Assembly: GCA_038321985.1 (NCBI GenBank)
Contig: JBBQFN010000015.1
Location: forward strand, 1-64,000
Length of the DNA stretch: 64,000 nt
Source: Cyanophyceae cyanobacterium
Lineage (GTDB): Bacteria; Cyanobacteriota; Cyanobacteriia; Cyanobacteriales; Laspinemataceae
Direction: 5' to 3'
The notes below the pieces were generated by a model. The model made no database searches. It saw only the letters and a list, made by a program, of their open reading frames with translations, and was not told where the DNA came from. The stretch's first letter is position 1. Every line of letters begins with the position of its first letter. Made by a program: the position numbers and the translations under genes. Positions 23,911 to 33,941 of this stretch are shown piece after piece.

Positions 23911-26748
23911 ATGAGCGATCGAGGAGACAAACCCAATGGCAACCGTTATCAGGAACGCCTTAACCGTGTAATCGGGCCCATAATAGTAGCGTTGAGCCTC
24001 CTGATCTGCCCCGCAGGAGTAGCAGCCCCGGTAGACCCTCCTGTGATCCTTCCCCCAAACCGCTTACAAGAACAAGCCGATCGCGCCTATGAGGAAGGGG
24101 GCCAACTATTCCAAGAAGGCACCCCAGAAGCCCTGATTGCGGCCCAAGAAAAACTCAAAGAAGCCCGAACCCTGTATCAACAACTCGGCGATCGCTCCTT
24201 AGAAGCCGAAACCTTGATTGGGCTGGCATTTGTCGCCAAAGCCTCCCGGGAACCCCAAGCCGCCCTAGACTACCTCCAACAAGCCCTCACCCTCAAAGAA
24301 GCCGTCGAAGACCTTCCCGGCGTGGCTGACGTCCTGTTTAACCTAGGCAGAAGCTATGCCGAAGTGGGAACCTTTGCCCCCGCCCTCGACGCCTACAATC
24401 AGGCTAGAGAACTATATAAAAAACTCGAACTCCCCAGCGCTGAAGCCTTTTCTCTGACTGAACGGGGGGCGGTTTATGATGCCCTCGGGGAGTATCAACA
24501 AGCCCTCGACGCCTATAATGAAGCCCTCCCCCTCTGGCAAGACGCCGGCGATCGCCAGGGAGAAGCCGTCACTTTTAACAACATCGGCAAAATTTACGAC
24601 GACTTAGGACAATATCGAGAAGCCCTGGATTACTACAATCAAGCCCTCCCCCTCTATCGAGAATTAGAATATACCGCTGGAGTTGCCCTCACCCTCAACA
24701 ACATCGGCAACGTTTACGAAGCATTAGGAGACAAACCGCAAGCCCTTGATCGCTATAACGAAGCCCTCCCCCTCTGGCAAGAGGCAGGCGATCGCCGGGG
24801 AGAAGCCACCACCCTCAACAATATCGGCTTCCTCCACGCCAAAGATGGAGACTACCCCCTCGCCTTACAAACCTATAACCAGGGATTGCCCTTGTGGGAA
24901 AGCGCAGGCGATCGCCGGGGACAAGCCAGTACCCTCAACAACATCGGCTTCGTCTATGCCTCCTTAGGAGATAACCCCAAAGCCTTGGAATACTACAATC
25001 AAGCCCTCCCTCTGCGTGAATCCGTCGGCGATCGGCCCAAAGAAGCCCTCACCCGCTATCGGATCGCCATCGCCCTGCGTCATCAAGGACAACTTGACAA
25101 CGCCCTCACCGAAATCGAAACCGCGATCGCGATCGCCGAGGACCTGCGCACCAACGTTGCCAGCCAGGACTCCCGCGCCTCCTTCTTCGCCAAAGTTCAG
25201 GACTACTACGAATTCTACATTGACCTCTTGATGGAACTGCACCAACAGCAGCCCAGCGCAGGCTTTGACGCTAAAGCCCTCCAAGCCAGCGAACAGGGCC
25301 GTGCCCGCAGCCTCCTGGAAATCCTCAACGAAGCTAACGCCGACATTCGCCAAGGGGCCGACCCCGAACTCCTCGATCGCGAACGTAGCATCCAACAACA
25401 ACTCAGCGCCCTAGAAGAACGGCGCATCCAACTTCTCTCCGGACCCCATACCCCGGAACAAGCCGAGGCCCTCAGCGCCGAAATTGACGACCTCCTCACC
25501 CAATACCGGCAAGTCCAGACCCTGCTGCGCGTCACCAGTCCTCGCTACGCCGCCCTCACCCAACCCCAACCCCTCACCCTTACCCAAATCCAGGAACAAG
25601 TTCTTGATGATGACACCATCCTCCTAGAATATTCCCTCGGGAAAGAACGGAGTTACTTGTGGGTTGTCACTAAAACCAGCCTCACCAGCTACACCCTACC
25701 CCCCCGAGAAGAAATCGAACAATCCGCCAAACAGTTTAGAAACGCCCTCACTATTCCCAGTCTACGGATCCGGCGATCGATTTTCACTCAAACCTCAAAC
25801 GCCCTCAGCCAGCTAATCCTCGGGCCCGCCGCCGACTTCCTCGACGATGATAAGCGCCTGTTGATTGTCAGTGATGGGGCCTTGCAATACATCCCCTTCG
25901 CCGCCCTTGCTGTCCCCAATCCTCCGGAGGGCAGTGACAGTTACCTACCTTTAATCGTCAAGCATGAAGTGGTCAGCTTACCCTCTGCCTCTACAATGGC
26001 CGTCTTGCGTCGAGAAATTGCCGGACGTACCCCCGCCACTAAAACCCTAGCTGTCCTCGCCGATCCGGTCTTTACCCCCTACGATGATCGCCTGCAATCC
26101 CCAACCCGCGAAGAGTCCCTGCAACTGGGGATTAAATCGGAAACCGGAAATCGCGCCTCGGAAGTCGAATTTAGCCGACTCCCCTATACCAAACTAGAAG
26201 CGGAGGAAATTCTCGCCCTGGTTCCTGAATCTGAACGCACCAAAGCCTTCGGGTTTGATGCCAGTCGCGAAGCCGCTACCGACCCCGCACTGAGTCAATA
26301 TAGGATTGTTCATTTTGCTACCCACGGACTCCTCAATAGTGTGAATCCGGAGTTATCCGGGTTGGTGTTTTCCCTTTTAAATGAAAAGGGGGAACCGTTA
26401 AATGGGTTTTTGCGCCTCCACGAAATTTTTAACCTCCACTTACCCGCTGAATTAATCGTGTTGAGTGCCTGTGAAACCGGCTTAGGTCAGGAAATCCGAG
26501 GGGAGGGCCTAGTCGGGTTAACCCGGGGCTTTATGTATGCCGGTGCACCTCGGGTCCTGGTGAGTTTGTGGAGTGTCGATGATGAAGCCACCGCAAGGCT
26601 AATGGTAAATTTTTATGAAAAAATGCTCCAACAAGGCTTAACCCCGGCTGCCGCCCTGCGATCGGCCCAAATCGAACTCTGGGAACAGCAACGATGGCAG
26701 GCCCCTTTTTACTGGGCGGCCTTTACCTTGCAAGGGGAGTGGAAATAG
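23911..26748 (+). CDS. TPR-repeat plus CHAT (caspase/HetF-like) domain protein
   Basis: Nine or more TLNNIG..ALxYYNQALPL TPRs; LIVSDGALQYIPF, HFATHG, LIVLSACETGLG, VSLWSVDD, PFYWAAF. Confidence 0.95.
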   Translation: MSDRGDKPNGNRYQERLNRVIGPIIVALSLLICPAGVAAPVDPPVILPPNRLQEQADRAYEEGGQLFQEGTPEALIAAQEKLKEARTLYQQLGDRSLEAETLIGLAFVAKASREPQAALDYLQQALTLKEAVEDLPGVADVLFNLGRSYAEVGTFAPALDAYNQARELYKKLELPSAEAFSLTERGAVYDALGEYQQALDAYNEALPLWQDAGDRQGEAVTFNNIGKIYDDLGQYREALDYYNQALPLYRELEYTAGVALTLNNIGNVYEALGDKPQALDRYNEALPLWQEAGDRRGEATTLNNIGFLHAKDGDYPLALQTYNQGLPLWESAGDRRGQASTLNNIGFVYASLGDNPKALEYYNQALPLRESVGDRPKEALTRYRIAIALRHQGQLDNALTEIETAIAIAEDLRTNVASQDSRASFFAKVQDYYEFYIDLLMELHQQQPSAGFDAKALQASEQGRARSLLEILNEANADIRQGADPELLDRERSIQQQLSALEERRIQLLSGPHTPEQAEALSAEIDDLLTQYRQVQTLLRVTSPRYAALTQPQPLTLTQIQEQVLDDDTILLEYSLGKERSYLWVVTKTSLTSYTLPPREEIEQSAKQFRNALTIPSLRIRRSIFTQTSNALSQLILGPAADFLDDDKRLLIVSDGALQYIPFAALAVPNPPEGSDSYLPLIVKHEVVSLPSASTMAVLRREIAGRTPATKTLAVLADPVFTPYDDRLQSPTREESLQLGIKSETGNRASEVEFSRLPYTKLEAEEILALVPESERTKAFGFDASREAATDPALSQYRIVHFATHGLLNSVNPELSGLVFSLLNEKGEPLNGFLRLHEIFNLHLPAELIVLSACETGLGQEIRGEGLVGLTRGFMYAGAPRVLVSLWSVDDEATARLMVNFYEKMLQQGLTPAAALRSAQIELWEQQRWQAPFYWAAFTLQGEWK

Positions 26749-26874
26749 GCTCCCTGGGGGATAAGCGTTCTTGCTTATTCCCCTAATTTTTACTTACAAA
26801 ATAACCAGTTGTTAACAAGATTCTATAAATATTAAGAAATGTAGAGAAATATGTTGCAAAACTTCATAATATCT

Positions 26875-26892
26875 GTTACATTTATTTACATA
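26875..26892 (+). promoter_or_regulatory. HLR1 (RpaB-binding) direct repeat
   Basis: GTTACATT-TA-TTTACATA matches (G/T)TTACA(T/A)(T/A)-N2-(G/T)TTACA(T/A)(T/A), 45 bp upstream of an hli gene. Confidence 0.85.
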
Positions 26893-26936
26893 GGCAACCA
26901 AGGGGTGCACAAAAGCAAATAAAGGAGCAAATAACC

Positions 26937-27134
26937 ATGAACACCACAAAGGGAGTGATGATCAGCGAAAGCGATAAACTAAACAATTTTGCGATCGAGC
27001 CGAAAATGTACGTTGATCAAACTCCGCGCACTGGGTTTACCCCCTATGCCGAACGACTCAACGGACGTCTGGCAATGATTGGTTTTGTTTCATTACTCGC
27101 CTTTGAAGTCCTAACAAAAAATGGGGTAATTTAA
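26937..27134 (+). CDS. High-light-inducible protein (CAB/ELIP/HLIP family)
   Basis: NNFAIEPKMY and GFTPYAERLNGRLAMIGF motifs. Confidence 0.95.
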   Translation: MNTTKGVMISESDKLNNFAIEPKMYVDQTPRTGFTPYAERLNGRLAMIGFVSLLAFEVLTKNGVI

Positions 27135-27327
27135 TTTTTTCAAAGTTTATAAAATAACGAGCTGTAGCTCGATATCTCAAAATCAACTTTCTCATAGACA
27201 AGCCTTTAGATCGCACGAGTCCTCTCAACTCGTGCGTTTTTTTTGCTCGTAATCCCTTCCGGTCCAAACTCCAATAGAAACCCTAAAAATTGCTACACTA
27301 AAGACACTATAAAATCAACCTAAATCA

Positions 27328-28020
27328 ATGACTGAAACCCTACCTATTCAACAACAAACTCCGGTTATTTACCCGAGCGAGGATGGTGAACCCTTGGCAG
27401 AAACTTATGATCATCTCTACGCAATTTTCGTTACCTTAGAAGTGTTGCGGCAATATCTGATCGGTCGTCAGGCCACGGTTTTAGGGGACCAGTTTCTGTA
27501 CTATTCCCAAGGGTTTCCCCGGGTGCGCGTTGCACCGGATGTGATGGTGATTTTTAATGTGGAACCTGGGGGACGGGATAATTATAAAATTTGGGAAGAA
27601 GGACAAGTGCCCTCGGTGATTTTTGAGATGACTTCCCCGAGTACCCGCAATCAGGATATGGAGTTTAAGAAAACCCTCTATGAACAGTTGGGGGTTGAGG
27701 AATATTGGTTATTTGACCCCAGGGGAGAGTGGATACCGGAACAGTTGCAGGGATATCGGTTAAGGAATGAAGCGTATGAGCCGATCTCAGATAGCTATAG
27801 TACAGCCTTGGGTCTACGTTTGTCCGTAGAAGGTAAGCTGATTGCCTTTTATCGCGGGGATAGCGGGGAACGGTTACTGATGCCCGAGGAGTTGCTCGTG
27901 GCATGGGAACAGGAACGAGAACGGGCCGATCGCGAACGGGACCGGGGCGATCGCGAACGGGACCGGGCAGAGGCCCTCGCCGCGCAGTTACGGGCGTTAG
28001 GGGTAGATCCCGAGGCATAA
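27328..28020 (+). CDS. Uma2 (DUF820) family PD-(D/E)xK-like protein
   Basis: YPSEDGEPLAET, VAPDVMV, IFEMTSPST, LGVEEYWLFDP, C-terminal coiled ERER..LRALGVDP. Confidence 0.93.
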   Translation: MTETLPIQQQTPVIYPSEDGEPLAETYDHLYAIFVTLEVLRQYLIGRQATVLGDQFLYYSQGFPRVRVAPDVMVIFNVEPGGRDNYKIWEEGQVPSVIFEMTSPSTRNQDMEFKKTLYEQLGVEEYWLFDPRGEWIPEQLQGYRLRNEAYEPISDSYSTALGLRLSVEGKLIAFYRGDSGERLLMPEELLVAWEQERERADRERDRGDRERDRAEALAAQLRALGVDPEA

Positions 28021-28076
28021 GATAAGTAGGGTTAGGACAAGGCACTGCCTTGTCCTGATGAGATATTCGGATGAGA

Positions 28077-28736
28077 TTAGGTCGCGTTTTGCAAAGCGGG
28101 GGCAGAATTAGAATGAGAGGGGAAAGCGTCCAAATAGATGGTTCTAATATCCACCGGCAAGGCAGATTCTAACCGTTGATAACCTTCTTCGAGTAATGCC
28201 TTGACATCCCCTGGGGCGATCGTTTCTCCTTCGGCTTGCAGATAGGCAGAAATCCGAGTTTCACTCCAGTGAAATGTCTGTGCCATTAATATAGTGATCC
28301 GCAACAGGGGAGACAGCAGATCTAGGGCTTGTTCCACATAACACCATAACGGAGGCGGGGAAGTCTGTAACGAATAATGGATAGACTCGACTGGGGGTAA
28401 TTCAGCGCGTTCGATGCACCAGGCGGTTATATTAATCAGCCAAGTTTGCAGCGTAAAGGGAGTAGAAGCCCCCTCCTCGAAGCGTAAATCCAGTCCCCGC
28501 AGTTCGTGGTAGATATGTCGCCAAGTCATGGCAAACAGATAGTCCCCTTGAACGGGGGATTTGGCTTGATGTTGAATCAGGGTATAGACAATGGAACTAT
28601 ATCGCCCAAAAATGGCGGTAAAGTATTTTCCCTCATCGGGATGGCGTTGAAACAGGGTCAGCAGTTCGCGATCGCTTCTTTGAAACAAAGACTGGACCAT
28701 TGGATGCTGGCATTCAGAAAAAACAGGCGGTTGCAT
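28077..28736 (-). CDS. Conserved cyanobacterial sigma-70 (ECF-like) family-related protein
   Basis: SDRELLTLFQRHPDEGKYFTAIFGRY, TWRHI, WLINIT, C-terminal region-4-like HTH (FHWSETRISAYL); ATG at 28736 preferred. Confidence 0.7.
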   Translation of the reverse strand: MQPPVFSECQHPMVQSLFQRSDRELLTLFQRHPDEGKYFTAIFGRYSSIVYTLIQHQAKSPVQGDYLFAMTWRHIYHELRGLDLRFEEGASTPFTLQTWLINITAWCIERAELPPVESIHYSLQTSPPPLWCYVEQALDLLSPLLRITILMAQTFHWSETRISAYLQAEGETIAPGDVKALLEEGYQRLESALPVDIRTIYLDAFPSHSNSAPALQNAT

Positions 28737-29007
28737 AAAGTCGATCTCCCTTTGAAAATGGAAAGTTGCATCACACACCAGGGGGTTGAAGTCCCTGGGG
28801 ACTCCAGATATCCCGGACAGATGTCTGTAATATATCCACAGTTGAGTGCAATTAGCATCCCTAACCCCAACAGAATGCTGTGATGAGTTCTGTCCCACTT
28901 TGTTACAATTGATTACAAGCAACTTGACCTAGAATAAATTGGGTCAGTACCCCGACTGTGCAAGCGATCGCTCGATCTAAACCTTGGTTTACACTATTGA
29001 AAAGTAC

Positions 29008-29586
29008 ATGGCTCTAACTGTTAGCGTTCCTCCGACATTAAGCTCGTTGCTGCCATCCCTACCTCTGGATAGCCTCTTTTCTACCCAGGGAATTATGGTG
29101 ATGCTACTCGCCGCCTATGCGGTCGCTATGTGGATGTTCCTCACCAGCGCCCCGAAAGTTTACACCATCATGGTTTCAGATTTGGAGACTGCCCGACAGC
29201 TTTATGAAGGGTTGCTGGAATTGCCTGCGGCGGAAGTCCCCTTACATTATTACTATAATTACGAACAAACCCTGGGCGGCACGGGCATTGATCCACTTTA
29301 TATGTCATCCCCGATGGGGGCCTCTGCCACCCAAACCATTGCCGGACCCGATGGACTCTGGTATCAGTTACAGAAAAATACTCAGCTACACGTCATTTCG
29401 GGCGCAAGTTTGGGCAGCAAGAACCGACAGCGCCATGTGGGATTTGATCATGATTGTCTCGAACAGTTGCTATTGCGGGTGCAGGTGACGGGGGTCAAGT
29501 ACAAAATCCGCCGAGAAAAGCCTCTTAATTTCTTTGTCAAAGATCTTCAAGGTCGAGTGATTGAGATGACTGAGGTCTCGAATTAG
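29008..29586 (+). CDS. Glyoxalase/VOC-like conserved protein
   Basis: IMVSDLETARQLYEGLL, LWYQL..QLHVI, RHVGF, FFVKDLQGRVIEM. Confidence 0.8.
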   Translation: MALTVSVPPTLSSLLPSLPLDSLFSTQGIMVMLLAAYAVAMWMFLTSAPKVYTIMVSDLETARQLYEGLLELPAAEVPLHYYYNYEQTLGGTGIDPLYMSSPMGASATQTIAGPDGLWYQLQKNTQLHVISGASLGSKNRQRHVGFDHDCLEQLLLRVQVTGVKYKIRREKPLNFFVKDLQGRVIEMTEVSN

Positions 29587-29651
29587 GGTCTGGAGTGACT
29601 CCGGCGATCGCCCTCGAAATCGGTTCGCCGGATTTTGCAGCGTCGGGATAT

Positions 29652-30578
29652 TCATTCCGGCAGCTTTACCATCGAACTCTCGATCGCCTGCTTCCCTTCA
29701 TTCAACAGGTAGTCAAAAAAGGTCCGCGCTACCACGGAGAGTTGTTTGCCACTGGGATAAATGGCATACCATTGTCGGGGAATGGGGAACCCCTCGACAT
29801 CGAGGATAGTGAGTTGATGTTGCCAACCATCCAAAGTCAACACGTGCCGAGAAAGCACTGAAATTCCCAATCCTCCGGCGATCGCCTGTTTGATCGCTTC
29901 ATTACTCCCGAGATCTAGGCGTACCTTCACTGCCACCCCAGAGTCTTCAAACATTTTTTGCACCGCTTGCCTTGTCCCCGAACCCGGTTCGCGCATGATA
30001 AATGGCTCTCCGTTCAACCGTGCGATCGGGATATTTTTTTGGGATGCCAATGGATGATTCATCGGTGCCAATACCACCAGGGGATTGTCCAGAAACTCAT
30101 GGCATAAGACATCCGGGGTCGCCGGAGGTTGGCTTAAGATATACAGATCATCGAGATTGTCATTCAGTCGTTCCTGCAATCCTTCGTGGTTTGTCACCTT
30201 CAGAGATACGTCAATTCCCGGATAGCGTTGACAAAATGGCCCGAGTAAGCGGGGAATTACATATTTGGCAGTGGTAATTACGCTGAGTTTTAATTGTCCC
30301 TGTTTAAGACCTTGCAGATCCGCTACCGTCATTTCAAATTGGGAGAGACGATCAAAAATGTCTCGACAAGTCCCTAATAACTCCTCTCCGGCTTCGGTCA
30401 AATATAGCCGTTTCCCGACTTGTTCAAACAGCGGCATTCCCACGGACTTCGCCAACTGTTTCACTTGCATCGAAACCGAGGGTTGAGTTAAAAATAGTTC
30501 TTCAGCAGCGCGAGTAAAGCTCTTATGGCGAGCTACGGCTTCAAAGACTCTAAGCTGGTGCAGGGTTGACTGCTTCAA
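29652..30578 (-). CDS. ndhR: CbbR-type LysR regulator, probably NdhR (CcmR); CmpR not excluded
   Basis: TLHQLRVF..SFTRAAEELFLTQP HTH; REPGSGTR, GSNEAIKQA; next to NDH-1 CO2-uptake genes; ATAG-N8-CTAT upstream. Confidence 0.7.
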   Translation of the reverse strand: MKQSTLHQLRVFEAVARHKSFTRAAEELFLTQPSVSMQVKQLAKSVGMPLFEQVGKRLYLTEAGEELLGTCRDIFDRLSQFEMTVADLQGLKQGQLKLSVITTAKYVIPRLLGPFCQRYPGIDVSLKVTNHEGLQERLNDNLDDLYILSQPPATPDVLCHEFLDNPLVVLAPMNHPLASQKNIPIARLNGEPFIMREPGSGTRQAVQKMFEDSGVAVKVRLDLGSNEAIKQAIAGGLGISVLSRHVLTLDGWQHQLTILDVEGFPIPRQWYAIYPSGKQLSVVARTFFDYLLNEGKQAIESSMVKLPE

Positions 30579-30608
30579 TGCCCCTTCTCCTAAAAATAAC
30601 CCTTTTAT

Positions 30609-30624
30609 ATAGACTAGGCTCTAT
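30609..30624. promoter_or_regulatory. Candidate NdhR autoregulatory site
   Basis: ATAG-actaggct-CTAT, 31 bp upstream of the TTG start. Confidence 0.65.
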
Positions 30625-30920
30625 TATATTCATAAATAATTACTATTTTTATTTATGGTTTTTGGGTTTAATATAAATTTACATACAAAAAACTGTATGA
30701 CTCCCTTCCATTAGCGTTGCACGAGGAGTCGATCCTCGGTTGTTTCTTGCTTTCTTAATTATTTTTTATTTTTGACCGCCGGCGATCGCCTTTTTGCGTG
30801 CAACGCTTTTTCTTCAATCTCCCACCTCTTCCTAACTCTTCTGTCTCCTAAAATTCCCCCAGTCCACCCAAAATAACGGCGGGGATTTGAACCCCCGCCC
30901 TTGCCCATTATTGCCGTCCC

Positions 30921-32096
30921 CTACATTTCCAGAGGTGCCACAAATAACTGACAACTTCTTTCCGTCGCTTTGTTAACCTCATTTAACCGAGAGGTAACAA
31001 ACCGATCCATCCAATTTTCCAGATAGGTGCGGTTCGCGGCACGTTGTTCCGGTTCCTTCGTCGTTAAGGGATGAGGCGCTAGACCCTGGATTGCTGCGGT
31101 GGTCACGCAAAACATCGACTTCTGAAAACTTTGGCAAATTTGTACCCGTAAATCATCCTCTCCCCGGCAACTATTGCGATAAACCTCATGCAAGTAGTCC
31201 GGTAAATAGTGAGTCATATCTTGCATCAATAAAGTTGGCGGAATACCTGCGGCACCGGTGGGTAAGGGGTCCGCATAAAGCGCCCCATAACTAAACTGCT
31301 CTTGAAACTGGGGAATTTGATGCGCTTGAGCATTGTAAGAAATCGTACCCGGAAAAGGAGTTCCTCGGAAAAATACCGCCTCTACATAAGGCACCGCTGT
31401 ATCTGCCAGGAACGTTAATCCGGCTTTTTTCGGCAGAATATCGTACAGCTTATCCCCAACTTTGACTGAATAGGTAATCGGCGTACTGGCATCGGCGACT
31501 AATCCATCCAAAATATGCTTAACCACCTGAGAAATTGAAGTGATTTCTCCGGCATCATAGCCATCGCTCAGAGAGAGAAACATATCGCTCATGATTCGCC
31601 AAAATTGCCCCAAGGCGCTGTAATAAGCAAGCTGACGCACTTGTTCGAGCAGAAACTCAGGAAACAGCCCGTTTAGGCCGGATATAAAAGGATTGAACTT
31701 TACTTTGGCCTGAATAGCCGCTTCAGCTAATTGTCTAAATTCCGGACTATCCACATATTCATCCAATCCTCCCCCCCCATGCCAAAACATGGCTTTCATG
31801 CAATATTCGGCATATTCAAAATTAATGCGATCGTGGAACCAATGGCGAAACAACTGAGGTAGAGAAAACTCCCCATTAAAGTATTTTAAAAAGGGGAAAA
31901 GCACTAAAAATTGATGTTCAGCAATATACATTAAATTAGTGCTATAGGCATCTAAAACAATGCCGTAGCTTTTGAGGATGCCGACCACTTCTACCATATT
32001 TTCTGGGGAATCCGGAAGTAAGTCACCCCCAGCTTCGAGGCGTTCGATATATTCAATTAAAGGATGGGTAGAAGTTTTTATTTTTGATAGGGTCAT
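30921..32096 (-). CDS. cupB: CO2 hydration protein CupB (ChpX)
   Basis: EVVGILKSYG, DRINFEYAEYCMKAMFWHGGG, SYNAQA, AGIPPTLLMQDM; size and linkage to ndhF4/ndhD4. Confidence 0.92.
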   Translation of the reverse strand: MTLSKIKTSTHPLIEYIERLEAGGDLLPDSPENMVEVVGILKSYGIVLDAYSTNLMYIAEHQFLVLFPFLKYFNGEFSLPQLFRHWFHDRINFEYAEYCMKAMFWHGGGGLDEYVDSPEFRQLAEAAIQAKVKFNPFISGLNGLFPEFLLEQVRQLAYYSALGQFWRIMSDMFLSLSDGYDAGEITSISQVVKHILDGLVADASTPITYSVKVGDKLYDILPKKAGLTFLADTAVPYVEAVFFRGTPFPGTISYNAQAHQIPQFQEQFSYGALYADPLPTGAAGIPPTLLMQDMTHYLPDYLHEVYRNSCRGEDDLRVQICQSFQKSMFCVTTAAIQGLAPHPLTTKEPEQRAANRTYLENWMDRFVTSRLNEVNKATERSCQLFVAPLEM

Positions 32097-32261
32097 TCTC
32101 TTGAATCTCCTGAATAAATAGCCAAGGGAAATTATTTAATAGGGTAAAAATTAAAAGTGGTTACCATCGTTCACCCTCCTCAAACTGAGGTGAAAACGAC
32201 GCAAGTCGAGTTCAACCTGAAGGCGGGGTTGGGAATCCCCGCCGGATTGTGGGTTTGAGTT

Positions 32262-33800
32262 TCAGGGGCTTACTGATAGAGGGCCTGTGACGTCCGATCC
32301 ATCATCCCAGGCGATCGCCTTAAAAGCCTCGGCCCTCTCAACTGGCTGCTTGTAACTCAAGGCTGCGGCTTCGTTTTCACTATAAGCAACTAAGCCACTG
32401 GGAAGCAAGCCTAAAATCACAATAATCACAGCTAAAACGATCGCCGGAATGCGATCGGACCATTGAACCGGGGGCAAATTCACCACCTGTTCAGATAAGC
32501 GACCAAAAAAGGCTTTGTTGATCAACAACAAGAAATAAACAGCGGTTAAACCCGTCCCCAGCATACAGAAGAGGGTTTGTACCGGAAACACGGGTAAACT
32601 GCCCCGAAAGATAATAAATTCCGCAATAAACCCAGCCATACCGGGGATACCCGCGCTTGCCATCGCCGCCAGGACCATCAACGACCCAATCATCGGCAAC
32701 CCGCGTTCTGGATTCAACAACCCGTGCAACACTCGCAAGTCCCGGGTCCCAGCTTTCTTATAAACCACCCCCACCAACAGAAAAAGTAAAGCCGAAATCA
32801 ATCCGTGACTGACCATTTGGAACACCGCGCCGATATTGCTCACCGGGGTATTGGCCGCACAGGCGAGGAGAATGTATCCCATGTGGGCCACGGAACTAAA
32901 GGCCACCATTTTTTTCATGTCGGTTTGGGAAATGGCGCTAAACGCTCCATATAGAACGCTTACCGCTGCCACTGTGGCTAACCACGGTGCCCAATAGGCC
33001 CAAGCATCGGGAAATAAACCGACTCCAAATCTCAATAACCCGTAAGTTCCTAATTTCAACAATACCCCGGCCAACATCACGGAAATCGGGGTAGATGCTT
33101 CGACGTGAGCATCAGGTAACCAGGTGTGGAAGGGGACGATCGGAGTTTTGATAGCAAATCCGATTAACAAAGGAGCCAAAAGAAGCAGTTGGGATTTTAA
33201 CGGAAGTGATGCACCGGCAAAGGCTTGATAGGCAAAACTATCCGCATGGGTCAGCCAAACTAAGCCTAAAAATGAGGCGAGAATTAAGATACCCGAAATA
33301 GCGGTATAGAGTAAAAACTTGGTTGCTGCATACCCGCGCCTTGCTCCACCCCAAATCGCAATTAATAGGTATAGGGGGATGAGTTCGACTTCATAAAAGA
33401 GGAAAAACAGCAGTAAGTCTTGGGCAAGAAATGCACCGGCAACCCCACCATTCAGCAACAAGATTAAAGGATAGTAAAATCGCGGACGGGCGATCGCCTC
33501 ATTGGTACTGTAAAGGGCGATCACGGTTAGCAATCCATTCAGGACTACTAAAGGTAAGGACAACCCGTCTAGTCCTAAGCGGTAACTTAACCCGAGATAT
33601 TCTAGCCAAGGAAGATTTTCCTCAAACTGTAAACCGAGAACAGCCGGATCGAATTGACTCACGAGAATCAGAGACCAGATGAATCCGGCAATGGCGATCG
33701 CCAAGGCAATCTGACGCGATCGCTTCCCATTCATCTGGTTGGGGAAAAATCCAATGAAAGCGGCACCGATCGTCGGCACCCAGATTAAAGCACTCAGCAT
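32262..33800 (-). CDS. ndhD4: NDH-1 subunit NdhD4
   Basis: NuoM-like: FYEVELIPLY, PFHTWLPDAH, LKLGTYGLLR, GLLNPERGLP; lies between ndhF4 and cupB. Confidence 0.92.
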   Translation of the reverse strand: MLSALIWVPTIGAAFIGFFPNQMNGKRSRQIALAIAIAGFIWSLILVSQFDPAVLGLQFEENLPWLEYLGLSYRLGLDGLSLPLVVLNGLLTVIALYSTNEAIARPRFYYPLILLLNGGVAGAFLAQDLLLFFLFYEVELIPLYLLIAIWGGARRGYAATKFLLYTAISGILILASFLGLVWLTHADSFAYQAFAGASLPLKSQLLLLAPLLIGFAIKTPIVPFHTWLPDAHVEASTPISVMLAGVLLKLGTYGLLRFGVGLFPDAWAYWAPWLATVAAVSVLYGAFSAISQTDMKKMVAFSSVAHMGYILLACAANTPVSNIGAVFQMVSHGLISALLFLLVGVVYKKAGTRDLRVLHGLLNPERGLPMIGSLMVLAAMASAGIPGMAGFIAEFIIFRGSLPVFPVQTLFCMLGTGLTAVYFLLLINKAFFGRLSEQVVNLPPVQWSDRIPAIVLAVIIVILGLLPSGLVAYSENEAAALSYKQPVERAEAFKAIAWDDGSDVTGPLSVSP

Positions 33801-33941
33801 CGCTAACTTCTATTGGTCTCCTGAACTGCAATCAATCGCGGAAAAGGTAAGGAAGTTTTGAGGGATTGATAACTCAAAACTCTACTTTGAAAGCGGAACA
33901 CGGAATGTCGAAAACTCCCGAATTTCCTCACCCCTTCCTAT

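Noticed and set aside
30878..30899. tRNA T-loop-like GGTTCAAATCC on the minus strand
   Set aside because: No acceptor, D or anticodon arms around it; simple hairpin
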